Of a DNA stretch of 63,421 nt, positions 29,913 to 42,600 are shown in pieces; position 1 is the stretch's first letter; the number at the start of each line of letters is the position of its first letter. The DNA comes from a virus. The stretch lies in IMG/VR virus record IMGVR_UViG_3300020187_000029; one strand, given 5' to 3'. The notes under the pieces were generated by a model that did not search any database, was not told the origin of the DNA, and was given only the letters and a program-made list of their open reading frames with translations. A program made the translations under genes and the position numbers.

Positions 29913-32900
29913 ATGGAAAACTCAAAAAAAACATTTATAGCGGGAATTAATGCCGATGATTCTTTTTTTGCCCATACTGGTCAAGATAATTTAGATGCTC
30001 TTAATGTAAGGGTAGTCTCTTCATCTGAAGGTAAAGCAGGTTCAATATCTAATGTAAATGGGACAAGAAATATCCCTAACTCACAAGACTTGTCAAGATC
30101 TACGAAATGTATAGGAACTTATGAGGATCCTACTACTAATAATATATTTTATTTTTTAGTTGATGAAAATCCATCGACAAGGTATAAAGCGTCTAGTATT
30201 TATTGTTATAAACCCAAGGAGGATAATATTTATAAAGTACTTGCAGATAGTAATATGGAGGCATCCTACAGGTTAGGTTTTGATCCAGAAAAGCCAATTA
30301 CTGGAATAGCATATATAGATGATATATTGTATTGGACAGGTATAGATGGTAAAGAGCCATTTAGAATAAATGTAGAGAGAGGTATTGCAGCCAATAACAG
30401 CCAATATGACGCTGATCCATATAATCTACCAATAAAAAAATCAATAGTCACTCTTATTCGTAAACCTCCAATGTTGCCTCTTAAGATTACAGTTCAGGAG
30501 GACGATACGAGAGATACATCCTTTTTAAAATCTAGGGCACATACTTTTGCCTATAGGTATGTTTATAAAGATGGAGAGACAAGTGTTTTTTCGCCTACAT
30601 CATATCATTATCCTAACCAGGATATGGATGATGATAATCATAAAACATCAAAAAAAATCAAAGTGGATTTTCCTCAATTTGAGGCCGATGAAACTGGTAT
30701 ATATCAAGATGTACATAAAGTACAATACGCAGTTAAATTTGATTCTGATACATCATATTTTATATGGAAAGAATTTGATAGTAAAACTCATGAAACAGAA
30801 TTTGCTGATCAAACTAAAAGTCAGTCTGGAGTAATAACTGCTGATTTTTATAATGATGTTTTGGGTTTTGCTGTTGATGATGTCAACTCTATAAAACTAT
30901 CAGATGCAGTTCCGTATGAAGCAGAAGCATTAAGTATTGCACGAAACAGATTGTTTTTAGGTAATATAAAAGAAGGAAGATTAAACCCTGAACAAATCAC
31001 TTCAGAAGACATTTCTTTAGACTTGTTAACACAATCTTTTACTGATAGTTTTAATCAATATGATAGAGATAGAGGTGGAAAGGTAGGTTTTGCACACTCA
31101 TCAGCATACCAAATAGGTATTGCTTTTTTTGATTTTGCAGGCAGAACAGGAGGTGTATTAACAGACGATAGTTTAAAAGTTATAACACCTGAAAGAGGTG
31201 TTGATTTGTCAACATATAATTCATCTATTAGGTTTAATTTAAATCCATCTTTAGCAAGTAAAATACCAGATTGGGCTGAATATTATGCTATAGTTAGAAC
31301 TAAAAATTTAACTAAAGACTTTACAATATCAAATCTATCTGATAAGGTGAGATATTATACAACTGCATCTACAGGGAATTTCACTGTAAATGTAGAAAAA
31401 AATTATCCTGTAAATGACGAGAACGATAGAAAAGCAATATCAGATACTCCAAATGGAACATTTTCTGATGCAGAACATGTTTCGTTTAGGGCTGATTTTG
31501 AAGGATGTGCAATTGGTTTGGGTGACCTAACATCATATAAGCAAGGATATACATATCAAGAGGGGGATAGAGTTAAGTTAATCACGAATGATGGTGTAAT
31601 TGAAGCAGCAGTAACAGGACAGTCAGGAAGGTATGTCACAACTAACCTTTATGATTTAAATGATGAACAGTATTTAAATACTAGTGCATTATCAAATAAA
31701 GATTATGCTGTTGTTTATGAAATATATAGTCCACATAAAATACAGCCTAATGAGTTTTATTATGAAGCATTTAATGGAAGGATATTAAGAGACTCTAGCG
31801 GTAACGCATCTTTTTCAAATACAACTGAAGAATTAATTGGAGATGTTTATCTAAGAAAACTTATAGCCGACACGAGTGCTTTAGAAAGTTATTTTTTCCA
31901 GGGGCACTCTTCTACAGACAGTGGTCAGGATCATGAACTTAAAGGAGAGATAAAATATATTGATTTTCCTGTATTTTATGGGGATGGTGAAAATGATTTG
32001 GAATGTAATACAGGTGTAAATAATGGAAGTCATAATCTAGATCTTAGATATGACATTAAAATATCTTCTACGGGAACTCCTGATAAATTCAGATGGAGAA
32101 AAAGAACAAGAACTCAGTATACTACAAACGTAGGTTATAGTGGTGAAGTAAGTATAACAGGTAACACACAAACATTAGATAATGGTGTTACTATAAAGTT
32201 TGAAAGTACAACAGGACATACTATAGATGACAGATGGGTTGTAAATGCAAAGATTGCTGATAACTCTGGAATGAATGAGGAACATAAAAGGTATACTGCT
32301 ACTTGGGCTTCACCTCCAAATGGAACCATATTAATAAACTCAGAAATTAAACTATACCTCACAGAATACAAGCAAGGTACTCTTGTTGCTTCTGAGGATA
32401 GAAGAACTTGGGAGGTTACTTATCCTGCTACATCAGTTACTAGAACTTATGATAATATAGAAGAATTATTTTGGGAAAGCAGTTTTGGGTCTGTTGTAAT
32501 GGCAGCGGCTCAAGGAGATATGGATAATTTTTCATTTAGAAGAGGGGTTGTTGATCCGTCAGGTAATGGTGGGCAAACCCAATTAAACATTTTAAATTAT
32601 CTAGGGTCATCTGTATCCCAAGAGGTAAGTAGGAGTGATGGGTCTACTATACATATGATTTATGAAGGTGTATTAAGAAAAAGAAGTGGTGGTAGAAATA
32701 TTAATGGAAATCATACTATGAACGTAGATTATACTGATGAATTCCCTTATTCTGCTGAATCAATGAATCCAAGTAATGATTACTTTTTAAATTGGACTCA
32801 AATTACAGGTAAACCTAATTTAGTACCGTCAGAGGTTAGTAGTCAAAAGAAGACTACAGCGATTGTATTTAGCGAAACAAAAATTCCAGGAAGTAAAATA

Positions 32901-35162
32901 AATGGACTATCTAAGTTTAGTGCATTGGATGAGAAGAGGTTAGATGACGCTACAGGACCATTAAGAGCATTGAAAATAACTAGCAAAACTCAATCTACAG
33001 GTTCTGTATTGTTGGCTATTTCTGAAAATGAAACAACTGGTATATATCTTGGAGAACAGCAATTACAACAAACCTCTAGTGGAGGACAGTTTTTAGCAGT
33101 TTCTTCTGGAGTTATTGGAACCATGAATACATTAAAAGGATCTTATGGTACAATGCATCCTGAATCTATAGTTGTAAATGAAGGTACAGCATTTTGGTTT
33201 GATGTTAAAAATGAGACAGTTGTTAGATATGATTCTAATGGGTTGACTGCAATTGGAGATAATAAAATGAAAACCTTTTTTAAATCAAAGGCAAATGTAA
33301 TTTTAAATGATTCAATTAAGAATTTTGTTATAGGCACATATGATGATTATAATTCTGAATACATTATATCTCTACCTAGTACAGGTGAGGTAGTTACGGT
33401 TTTACAAGAAGATCCTTATTACCCAGACACACCAGTTATTGACATTACAAATATAGGTGAAGAGCCAACAGATAAGATTGTAAACTATACAATACTTGGC
33501 CCATGGAATATAACAGGAACTGTTACAATAACTAGTGGTGTAGGCCAAATAACATTTGAATCACCATTTAGTTTTAGTATACCTTCGGATGCAATAGAAG
33601 AGCCTGAGAACACAAACATCACTATCATCAATTCAACGTCTGGAGGTTTTAATTCTCCAAACAATGATGGCCAATATATTTCAGGTTCAGGGTCTTTAAC
33701 AGTGTCAAATGTTGGGGGTGACGTAGAACAAATAACAATTAAATTAGCAAGAATTAAAGAATTGGGTGGAGGAGAAGTAGTCGTATCAAATCCTAAATTA
33801 TATTTTAATGACACTAATTTTGTTTTTGGAGAAACTTTAAATGGTAATACCCCAATAAGAATAACTGGTGCTGTAGATAGTACTATACAGAATTTTGAAG
33901 AAAAAGAAATTACAGTATCTTCAGGATCAATAGTTATACCCATAACTACTGGGACTTTTTGGCAATTTGGTAATGATGATGAAAATTCAATAAACTTTAC
34001 AGAATGCTCTCAAGGTGTTTGTACTATTATACCTTCTAATAGAGTGTCAACAACTGCCACTCCAGTTACAGAAGGCTCAGAAAGAATTGGTTATTTATCA
34101 GGAAATTCTAATATTAATATTTCAGGAATAGATGAAGATATTGATTCGATTATCATAGAATCTAGACCACTAAAAAGAGCAGTGATTTCGTTACCAGTTT
34201 ATACTAATGTAGCACCAACATCATTAACCTTTAGAAGTGGAATCGTTTTAAATAGAGAAACTCCTGTTGATTTTGGTTTTGTAATTTCAGAAACAAATAG
34301 TAATCCTGCAATTGGAGATTCAGACGTAACACTTATTGTGGTTGGAACTGCCGCTTCGGATGCGGTTGATTTTAATACTACAGCATCTGATCTTTCACCT
34401 AGTACTACTTACTATGTGAAACCTTTCTTAAGATCTAATTTCGGAACTAGTTATGGATCTTGTGTTCCTAACACTACAGGACAAGAAAACGTAAAACCTT
34501 CAACAGTATACACAGTTCCATTTGATGACACTACTAAAAAGTTTGAAGGAAGAGCAACTATAACAGGTTCAGCAGATCTAGAACAACATGGTTTTGTTTG
34601 GTCTACTTCAGAGACGACCCCACAAATAGGCTATGTAGGTGTAGAACAAATAAATATACCTGTTCCGATTCAAGATGAATATGTCTATGAGTTTGAAAGT
34701 AATGCACGCCTTTTTATACAAGACCTAACATACTATTTCAGGGCATTTGCTATAGATGCAGGAGGAACATATTACGGAGAAGTAAGGTCGTTAATAATAA
34801 CGTCTTCTGATGTAGGGATTGGAAGTTTTAGACTAAGAACATCAGAGGTGCCATACCAAGGCGGATTTGTACAGATTGACGCAATAAAGAGTACACAGTT
34901 AGGTGTGGCTAATGGAACTATTGAGATCGTTGTTTCTTCAGGATTAGAGATTTTAAACACTAGATATCTAAATGTTTCTTTTGACAATAATCAATCATCT
35001 GATACTTTACAAATACAAATACCTAGAAACACAAGTGTTGGTTCAAGAGACTTAAGTTTTAAAGTCCACGCTTTTGATGGTATATCAAACGAAACAGGTA
35101 TTGCGGAACCTGTAAGTATAACTGGAACTGTTTCGCAAAGCGGTTCACCATATCAACCATAA
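29913..35162 (+). CDS. Very large virion structural protein (1749 aa)
   Basis: Uninterrupted 5.2-kb ORF. The function cannot be read from the sequence. Confidence 0.65.
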   Translation: MENSKKTFIAGINADDSFFAHTGQDNLDALNVRVVSSSEGKAGSISNVNGTRNIPNSQDLSRSTKCIGTYEDPTTNNIFYFLVDENPSTRYKASSIYCYKPKEDNIYKVLADSNMEASYRLGFDPEKPITGIAYIDDILYWTGIDGKEPFRINVERGIAANNSQYDADPYNLPIKKSIVTLIRKPPMLPLKITVQEDDTRDTSFLKSRAHTFAYRYVYKDGETSVFSPTSYHYPNQDMDDDNHKTSKKIKVDFPQFEADETGIYQDVHKVQYAVKFDSDTSYFIWKEFDSKTHETEFADQTKSQSGVITADFYNDVLGFAVDDVNSIKLSDAVPYEAEALSIARNRLFLGNIKEGRLNPEQITSEDISLDLLTQSFTDSFNQYDRDRGGKVGFAHSSAYQIGIAFFDFAGRTGGVLTDDSLKVITPERGVDLSTYNSSIRFNLNPSLASKIPDWAEYYAIVRTKNLTKDFTISNLSDKVRYYTTASTGNFTVNVEKNYPVNDENDRKAISDTPNGTFSDAEHVSFRADFEGCAIGLGDLTSYKQGYTYQEGDRVKLITNDGVIEAAVTGQSGRYVTTNLYDLNDEQYLNTSALSNKDYAVVYEIYSPHKIQPNEFYYEAFNGRILRDSSGNASFSNTTEELIGDVYLRKLIADTSALESYFFQGHSSTDSGQDHELKGEIKYIDFPVFYGDGENDLECNTGVNNGSHNLDLRYDIKISSTGTPDKFRWRKRTRTQYTTNVGYSGEVSITGNTQTLDNGVTIKFESTTGHTIDDRWVVNAKIADNSGMNEEHKRYTATWASPPNGTILINSEIKLYLTEYKQGTLVASEDRRTWEVTYPATSVTRTYDNIEELFWESSFGSVVMAAAQGDMDNFSFRRGVVDPSGNGGQTQLNILNYLGSSVSQEVSRSDGSTIHMIYEGVLRKRSGGRNINGNHTMNVDYTDEFPYSAESMNPSNDYFLNWTQITGKPNLVPSEVSSQKKTTAIVFSETKIPGSKINGLSKFSALDEKRLDDATGPLRALKITSKTQSTGSVLLAISENETTGIYLGEQQLQQTSSGGQFLAVSSGVIGTMNTLKGSYGTMHPESIVVNEGTAFWFDVKNETVVRYDSNGLTAIGDNKMKTFFKSKANVILNDSIKNFVIGTYDDYNSEYIISLPSTGEVVTVLQEDPYYPDTPVIDITNIGEEPTDKIVNYTILGPWNITGTVTITSGVGQITFESPFSFSIPSDAIEEPENTNITIINSTSGGFNSPNNDGQYISGSGSLTVSNVGGDVEQITIKLARIKELGGGEVVVSNPKLYFNDTNFVFGETLNGNTPIRITGAVDSTIQNFEEKEITVSSGSIVIPITTGTFWQFGNDDENSINFTECSQGVCTIIPSNRVSTTATPVTEGSERIGYLSGNSNINISGIDEDIDSIIIESRPLKRAVISLPVYTNVAPTSLTFRSGIVLNRETPVDFGFVISETNSNPAIGDSDVTLIVVGTAASDAVDFNTTASDLSPSTTYYVKPFLRSNFGTSYGSCVPNTTGQENVKPSTVYTVPFDDTTKKFEGRATITGSADLEQHGFVWSTSETTPQIGYVGVEQINIPVPIQDEYVYEFESNARLFIQDLTYYFRAFAIDAGGTYYGEVRSLIITSSDVGIGSFRLRTSEVPYQGGFVQIDAIKSTQLGVANGTIEIVVSSGLEILNTRYLNVSFDNNQSSDTLQIQIPRNTSVGSRDLSFKVHAFDGISNETGIAEPVSITGTVSQSGSPYQP

Positions 35163-35165
35163 AAG

Positions 35166-36710
35166 ATGAGTAGTTTTTCTATAGATACAAGTTTTAATCC
35201 TGGAGATGAAATAAAAATTGTCTTTGACATAAGCAATCAGGTGCCTACAACATCAGGTAAAACTGTTCACATAGTAGATATACATGAAGGTGTTCCTCAT
35301 ACTATAGCAGAAGAGAATATTCAACAAAGTGATTATCAAAATATACAGTCACAAAATATACATTGGAGTAATGTAAGAGCAACTTATGTAGAGCCAGGAG
35401 GATGGCAAACTAATGAAGATTATTTTGCAGGTGCTACTTCAGCAGATGGAGCATACAATACAAACCAAGTAATTAACCAAGCGGGGCACGAGACCTCTGC
35501 TCATAAGATTGCTTCAGACATATCAAGAACAGTAGACGGAGTCACATATGATGATTGGTATTTACCACATAGTTGGGAATTAGCAACATTGTATAATTTA
35601 ATGTCTGTTTTAGATCCTGTAATCATTAGCAACGGAGGAAGTCAATTAAGAAAGAATCATAGTTGGGCTATTGTAAAAAACTATTGGAGTTCCCAGGAAT
35701 CAAGCAATCAAACCAGTAATACTCCATGCGTAAGTATATCGTTTAACCCAAACTCTGGTGGTGGTGCGGCTTTTGGAAGACGTAAATATCATAAATTCAG
35801 AGTAAGAGCAGTTAGAAAAGAAGTGACTACAGACAGTGTTTCTGTTGGTGATTTCTACAAAGGAGGAGTTGTTTTTAAAATAGTAGAAGAAGGTGAAGGT
35901 ATAACACCAAAAACAGATTTAGATATAAAAATAGGATATGCTGATGCCATTATATTTGCAGAAGATGATTTGAATGATGGATATAGTAACTCAGGTATTG
36001 AATTAACTTTAACTAATCATCATGGTTCAAATCCTGTAGTGTCTTTTGATTACTCCAACAGTAACACAGGTAACTATCAATGGCAGACAAATGTTCAAAT
36101 TTATAAGAAGGTTGAAGAAATAGTAGAACAAGTACGAGCAGGTAAAAAGCAAACTATGGCTTGGAGTCAAGCAGCACAAAGATGGGTTACTAGATATTCT
36201 TTTACCCCTGAATATTTTTCAACTTACAAAACTGGCTTTGCTTCATTTGTAAAAGGGAAGTTATATATTCATGATGATTCCAATAATAAGAATTATTTTT
36301 ACAATGGTGCATTTCCTACACAGGTTTGCTATGTAGAAAACATTGAACCATCACAGTCTAAAGTGTTTATGACACATGCTGTTGAAGGTAATGCTGTACC
36401 AAGGATTACTAGATTTGAGACAATAGATAATTGGACAATGAATAGTGATCTTTTGAAAGATGATTATACCAAAAGAGAAAGCGTGTTTTATGCTGATATT
36501 TTTGGAGATACAAATGATCCAAACGTAGGAGATAATTCTACATACGGAGATAGGTTGATGAAGGGAACTAAACTAAGAGGTCAGTACATAAAAGTATTTA
36601 TGACTTTTAGACAGCAAGATTTAGAAGTTAAGCATTCTAATATAGGATATATAACAAGTAAAGGGCATACAACAAATGGTTCAAGAGGAGGCAGTCAGCA
36701 AAAAGGGTAA
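35166..36710 (+). CDS. Hypothetical structural protein (514 aa), possible DUF1566-like segment
   Basis: The DDWYLPHSWELATLY ... NYWSSQES pattern resembles the DUF1566/Lcl C-terminal signature. Confidence 0.5.
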   Translation: MSSFSIDTSFNPGDEIKIVFDISNQVPTTSGKTVHIVDIHEGVPHTIAEENIQQSDYQNIQSQNIHWSNVRATYVEPGGWQTNEDYFAGATSADGAYNTNQVINQAGHETSAHKIASDISRTVDGVTYDDWYLPHSWELATLYNLMSVLDPVIISNGGSQLRKNHSWAIVKNYWSSQESSNQTSNTPCVSISFNPNSGGGAAFGRRKYHKFRVRAVRKEVTTDSVSVGDFYKGGVVFKIVEEGEGITPKTDLDIKIGYADAIIFAEDDLNDGYSNSGIELTLTNHHGSNPVVSFDYSNSNTGNYQWQTNVQIYKKVEEIVEQVRAGKKQTMAWSQAAQRWVTRYSFTPEYFSTYKTGFASFVKGKLYIHDDSNNKNYFYNGAFPTQVCYVENIEPSQSKVFMTHAVEGNAVPRITRFETIDNWTMNSDLLKDDYTKRESVFYADIFGDTNDPNVGDNSTYGDRLMKGTKLRGQYIKVFMTFRQQDLEVKHSNIGYITSKGHTTNGSRGGSQQKG

Positions 36711-37170
36711 TTCTGGTGTAAGTAATTTTAAACAGAAACTTGAAGATTTACAAAATGTAATGATTGCTAATAATGATCAAGAAGGAATATATGGAGATGG
36801 AAAAACATTAGTTAATAATGATGAGTTTCAAATTACACATGATTTTTCAGATCAATTGTATATGAGAAAAATGAGAATGCCAAAAGGATCCTTTGTGGTT
36901 AGTGCGATACATCACACTGATCATTTTTGGTTTTTATTATCTGGTAGAATATTTGTTACGACAGATGAAGAAACTGTAGAACATATTGCACCTTGTTACG
37001 CTAAATCTATTAAGGGTGCTAAAAGATTTATTGTTTGTACAGAGGAATGCTTATTTATAAATGTGCATAAAAACCCAACAAACATAAAAGATATTGAAAA
37101 AATACAGGATGAACTATACTCTATTACAATAGAGGAATATAATAAAAAAGAAAAATCATGGCAGGAATAG
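36676..37170 (+). CDS. Hypothetical protein (up to 164 aa); the true start may lie downstream
   Basis: ORF overlapping the previous gene by 35 nt. Confidence 0.5.
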   Translation: MVQEEAVSKKGNSGVSNFKQKLEDLQNVMIANNDQEGIYGDGKTLVNNDEFQITHDFSDQLYMRKMRMPKGSFVVSAIHHTDHFWFLLSGRIFVTTDEETVEHIAPCYAKSIKGAKRFIVCTEECLFINVHKNPTNIKDIEKIQDELYSITIEEYNKKEKSWQE

Positions 37171-37763
37171 TTACAGCAGGTTTAATCGGAGGAGGTATTC
37201 AAGCACTAGGTGGTTTGGCTCAAGCGGCCTCTGGTATATTTGGTAAGAAAAAAAGACAGAAAAGATTAGAAAATCTTCTGGCTCAAAGACCTAAATACAA
37301 AATACCAAAAGAGATATCACAAGACATGGAGATGATGCGTAACCGAAAAGATGGTAGGTTATCAGAGCAACAAGACATGAAGAATGCTTTATTCACTAAT
37401 GCACAAAATTCAGTTGCTAGAGCACAGGCGGCTTCAGGATCATTAGAAGATCAATTAGCAATTGGTGCAAGTGCGGGTGCAGGAATGCAAGATGCATTAA
37501 TAAAAAACAGAATGGCAGGTGCACAAGAAAGATCACAAAGAATTTCTGGATACAGAGAATCTTTAACTAACCTGGCTCAAGCAAAAGACCAAGCATTTAA
37601 ATTAAATGAATTAGATCCGTTCAAAATGAAAGTTCAAGGGACATTAGCCAATGATGCTATGTCTAGACAAATGACTTTTGGTGGTATTAACCAGGCGGGT
37701 GCAGGTTTAGCAAATATGGGAACAGCAGGAACAGCAGCAGGTAATACTGGGTTCTTCCAATAA
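37158..37763 (+). CDS. Gly/Ala-rich putative internal virion protein (201 aa)
   Basis: Gly/Ala-rich hydrophobic ends. Lies upstream of the giant protein. Confidence 0.5.
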   Translation: MAGIVTAGLIGGGIQALGGLAQAASGIFGKKKRQKRLENLLAQRPKYKIPKEISQDMEMMRNRKDGRLSEQQDMKNALFTNAQNSVARAQAASGSLEDQLAIGASAGAGMQDALIKNRMAGAQERSQRISGYRESLTNLAQAKDQAFKLNELDPFKMKVQGTLANDAMSRQMTFGGINQAGAGLANMGTAGTAAGNTGFFQ

Positions 37764-37772
37764 AACATAATT

Positions 37773-39671
37773 ATGGCAAAATATACACCGACTTTACTAG
37801 GTCAAGACACAGAAGTAAATTTAGCACCTTTCTTTGGAGGAGGCTTTGTTGATGCAGGAGCAGCACAATTAAATCAGGCTGTTCAAAACAATGCTAGAGC
37901 AATCACAGAGGCAAAGAATAAAAAGTTTGAACAAGCCCAAGCACTTAGAGATGGTATTGTATCAGGACATTTTTCTGATATAATGGCTGCTGAGGTTGGT
38001 GAAGATATAGCGAAGTTGGCTACTATGGGTACTTATTCAGAAGCATATCAAGTTACGCTTGCAGAGGCCAATGCTAAACTAGGTATCAATGTTGCTAAAC
38101 AAGCACAGATTACAACAGGTGCTCAAGAAATAACTGACCAGTTTAAAGAGGATCCTAGTAATAAATACTACGAACGTAATGCTTTGGGTGCAAGTCTAGA
38201 TGATGCAATTCAAACAGGTGGTTTAAATACTACTAGAGATGATTTAGATAACTCATTTACAGGTTTTAAAAGAAATATAGACAATATTAAAGACGGTGTT
38301 GTTAGAACAGACTTTCAGTCTAAACTTGGAGAAATAGTACAAAAGGTAGAGCAAACAGGAGGATTAAATAATGTAAACTCAGAGTTTTCGCAGTTTACTA
38401 AAACAGTAGATGGACAAAAGTTTGTTACAGGTTATAAATATGATCCTGCTACTCGTATGTATATTCCTGCGTTTGATTCAACAAAATTACCTCCTATGGG
38501 ATTGGTTGAATTGTATAGAGGTATAGATGATTCTGCTTCTACATTGATGGATAATTTTGTTGATCAAAAACATCAATTAAATGGTGGTGGAGATTTAGAT
38601 CCACATGCTAAAAAAGTTTATGAGCAAGAGTTTGTTTTATCAGAAATGAAAAAACTTGCTCCTGGAGGATCAATTCAAGATTCAGAAGATACACAGTTTA
38701 GAAGTAGACCTCAAGATCCTAATAGAGGATCAGCAGCAAACAAAGAATTACAGTTAAAAGCAAATACTGTAAATGACATGGTAACAAATATAGATCAAGT
38801 TAGAAACTTAGATTTAAGTCAATTGCCAGGAGGAACAGATTCAGTTCCTTTTGCTCAAGTAGATACAAATGGTGATGGTATAGATACTCAAATGTTGGAT
38901 GTCACAGGATTTTCTAAAGCAGATTATAAGTTGGCTCGAATAGTCACAGAAAATCTTGCAACTGGACAACCCACAGAAACGTATGTTAGACCAAACAAAG
39001 TTTATTTAAGTATTGATCCTAATACAGAAGAAAGAACACTTTACTTTGAAGGGATGGATGCAAATGGTGACCCACAGTATACAATATACAACGACAGAAC
39101 TGCAAATCAAGTAGTTCAAAATATGTCTAAAAATACATTTGGTAGTCAATCATACTTTGATGCCTGGAGTTATTACAACAAAAGTACAGGTGTTATGTCT
39201 GGTGATGGTAGTGTAAATAGACAAAGTAATATAACTGGACTTACAGATGAGGCTCAAGCAGATGCTATATCAAGACAAAATGCTGCTCAAGATCAAGCAA
39301 ATGCACAGCCTGCTTTTGATGCTGCTACTTTAGGTCAAAGTATATCTAATGCAAGTAATGACAGTAAAAAAATTGATGCAGCACTTAAGCCAGTTAATTT
39401 ACATTTTGCTAGAAATGGGCATACAAGTGTGGGTGTAACAGATAGAAATGGTGCAGTGGTTACTGATAAAAAAGTAAAATATATTAAGTTTAAAAGAGAC
39501 GGAGAATATTATGGAAATAGGTTCTCTAAGAAGTACGGTATACTAGAATATAAAGTAGATAACGGAGATGGAACATTTGGTCCTCTTCAGACAGCAGAAG
39601 TGAAGGTACAGGACTTTATAAATGAAGTATCAGGTTCTTCAGGTGAATTCAATTTAAACGAGGAAAGATAA
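37773..39671 (+). CDS. Putative internal virion protein (632 aa)
   Basis: Assigned by position only. Confidence 0.5.
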   Translation: MAKYTPTLLGQDTEVNLAPFFGGGFVDAGAAQLNQAVQNNARAITEAKNKKFEQAQALRDGIVSGHFSDIMAAEVGEDIAKLATMGTYSEAYQVTLAEANAKLGINVAKQAQITTGAQEITDQFKEDPSNKYYERNALGASLDDAIQTGGLNTTRDDLDNSFTGFKRNIDNIKDGVVRTDFQSKLGEIVQKVEQTGGLNNVNSEFSQFTKTVDGQKFVTGYKYDPATRMYIPAFDSTKLPPMGLVELYRGIDDSASTLMDNFVDQKHQLNGGGDLDPHAKKVYEQEFVLSEMKKLAPGGSIQDSEDTQFRSRPQDPNRGSAANKELQLKANTVNDMVTNIDQVRNLDLSQLPGGTDSVPFAQVDTNGDGIDTQMLDVTGFSKADYKLARIVTENLATGQPTETYVRPNKVYLSIDPNTEERTLYFEGMDANGDPQYTIYNDRTANQVVQNMSKNTFGSQSYFDAWSYYNKSTGVMSGDGSVNRQSNITGLTDEAQADAISRQNAAQDQANAQPAFDAATLGQSISNASNDSKKIDAALKPVNLHFARNGHTSVGVTDRNGAVVTDKKVKYIKFKRDGEYYGNRFSKKYGILEYKVDNGDGTFGPLQTAEVKVQDFINEVSGSSGEFNLNEER

Positions 39672-39674
39672 AAT

Positions 39675-42600
39675 ATGGAAGACGAAGATATCTTAGGAGT
39701 TGATCCTTTTGTAGATTTAAGTACAGAGGAAAAAGAAGATAAATTAATTATTCTTGCGGATAAATTGAGAAAGTCCAGGAATACAGGTATGTCTGGTTTT
39801 GAAATACAAGATATACAAAGTGTTATACCTGACCTTAATCAAAATCAATTTCAAGAGGCTGTAGCCTGGGGTAACACTTTTAATAGAGGTCGTTACGAAC
39901 AAGGTGATGAGTTGAATTCTAAATTTGAAGGTTTATTTCCTGAGTTAGAGGGTGTTCAGTTTCCTGAATATGAAAACAACAACGGTTCTATAAATGTATT
40001 AAATGCCCAAACAAATCCTGATAACGCTCAGGGTAAGTGGGGTAAAATACAAGGTGCTATAGACAAAGGGACTCAGATGTACGATAACCAGGAAGTTGAT
40101 GGTGTTATTGCACAGCCTGGATTGTTGCCAGAAGGAACTGATGAAAGTATAAAAAAGAATTTGATACAATACGGACAGGTGTTAAGACATACTGATCCTG
40201 AGTTTAATAAAAAATACCAACCAGGAGAAGACCCTTTTGAAGATCCTAGGTCTGCATATGAATTTACAAAGCAAGCAAGAAATTTTCAAGGAACTAAATT
40301 TAAAGTTAATGCATTAAGATATATTGCTTCTAACTACGATAAGAATCTATATGATTTTGTAGATAAAAATGAAGACTTTTTTAAGATAATGCCTGAACTG
40401 CGTGAAGATGAAGAGTTCATGAAGATGTATAAATCCCATGAGGATGTAGCATCTAAATATCATGATCATATAAAAGCCAATTTTGGAGATATGTATTCTC
40501 AGGATGCAAGGGATATGCTGCAAACTGCTAGATTAAGTGGGGCTATGGGTCCAGGTGTTGGTGGAATTATGCCTGGTTATCTTGATACTTCTGTTGCAGT
40601 AGGTGTGGGAGCAGTTGTTGAAACTTTAGGAAACTTAGGAGGTGGTCTGTATGAGTTTTTTGCAAAGCATGGCGATAAACTAAATCCAGGGTTATTATTA
40701 GCAGACGCTATAGGAAGTTCACTTGCTTCAGATGAAACAAATGAAAAGTTAGCCGAACTAGATGAAGTATATGACAGACAAGCGGAAGTAACAGCAGATA
40801 AAATCTCCCATTTTTTCTCATCAGATAATTGGAAAGACACATCTTTAGGTCAATATGCATATGTACCTAATGAGGTAGCAGGGGCAGACTTGGCTGACAA
40901 TCCTATGTATATATTACCAATGACATTAAAGACTGTAGGTGAAATGGCTCCTGCGATTGTTGCTGCGGCTTACACAGGTGGAGGTACATTAGTAGCAGGT
41001 TCTATAATGGGGGGTGACCAATTCTTTAAATCTTATCATCAAACAAATAAAGAAGCAAGAGAACTTGGAGTAGATCCAGAAGACGCTGAAGCAATGGCAT
41101 TAAGTATAGCCCTTGTTACTGGTGGTACTAGTGCTTTATTTAATAACCCTTTAGCAAGAAAAGGTGTTGGTGCTATGATGGGTGTAAGACAAAGAGCCAC
41201 AAAAGAAGCGGTTAAAACCTTAGCATCTTCAGGAAGTAGACAAGCAGCAATAAAAGCAGGAGGAAAAGCATATTTAAAAGAAGTTGGAGGTGAGGAGTTA
41301 GAAGAACTTGTACAAGGAGGCTTTGAAAATTATACTAAATACAAGTACGATCAAAACTCTCCAAACCCAGTATATGGTGTAGATAAGTTTATGTCTAAAG
41401 AAGAGTTTACAAATACGGTAATTCTTACTGCAACAGCAACGACTTTAATGGCATCACCAAACCTAGGAATATCTTCATCTCAACTAGAGAAGGAAGCATG
41501 GACAACAGCAGGTTTAGATTATGCCAATTTTGAGAAATCTGTACAAAAAGAATTAAGCAAAAAGAACCCTAAGTTCACTGAGGAAACTGGCCAAGGTATG
41601 TTGGAGAAGGCTAAAGTATATGAAACTATAGTTAAGCCATTAAAAGACTCAGGGGTTAAAATAAATGAGATCACCGAATTGGCTGATGTTGTTTATAATT
41701 CAATGAATGCACCTACACAGCCTGATGCAGAAACATCTGCGGAACCAACTGTAGAGGAAAAGAAAGCAGAAATTAAAAATGGTATACCTAAACAAGGTGC
41801 TATTGTTGACGGAGGCAAAGTTGTTTCTGTAATAGAAAACATAGGAGATAGTGCCACAGATTCTGATTTAAAAACTAAACTAGATAACATCCAGGGTAGA
41901 ACTTTTAAAATGAAAAGGACTTCTCTTGAAACATTATACGAAACAAACAAAGAGTTTAAAAAGTTTGTAGATGAAAATCCTGACATGGTTTATGATGGCA
42001 AGAACAAAAATGCTCCTGCTGTTATTGATAATGAAGGAAATGTTTTAGATGGAATGAAGCGATTGGCTGCTGCATACAACAGAGGCCAAAAAGGAATTAG
42101 AGTTTTTAACGAACAAGAAACCACTGTTTCTAAAGAAGAAGAAACATCTATTGTAAACGCTATAGATAATATTGTATCTCCAACATCGGAGAATAGTACT
42201 AATGAATCTATGCAAGACATAGAAAAAATTGGTAACCATTTTCAAAGAGTGTTCAAAGGATCAACAATAGAATTTGATCAAGAAGTATTTAATGAAGAGG
42301 CCCAAAAAAGAGGATTAGATCCTGCAAAAAACAAAGGGTTTAGAGACAGAAATACAAATCAAATTTATATAAACCCTAAACTTGCTACGCTTGATACACC
42401 TATACATGAGTTTGCTCATATATGGGAAGACATGTTGGCTGAGGTAAATCCAGATGCTCATAAAAAAGCAATGGCTTTAATTAAGGGTACAAAGTTTCAT
42501 AAAGAAGCGGTTGCTAACGGTTATGGCGATAGAGCACTAAACGAGGCTTTAGTACAGGCTATTGGCGAAAAAAGTGCTAAAATATTTAAAGATCCTAAGA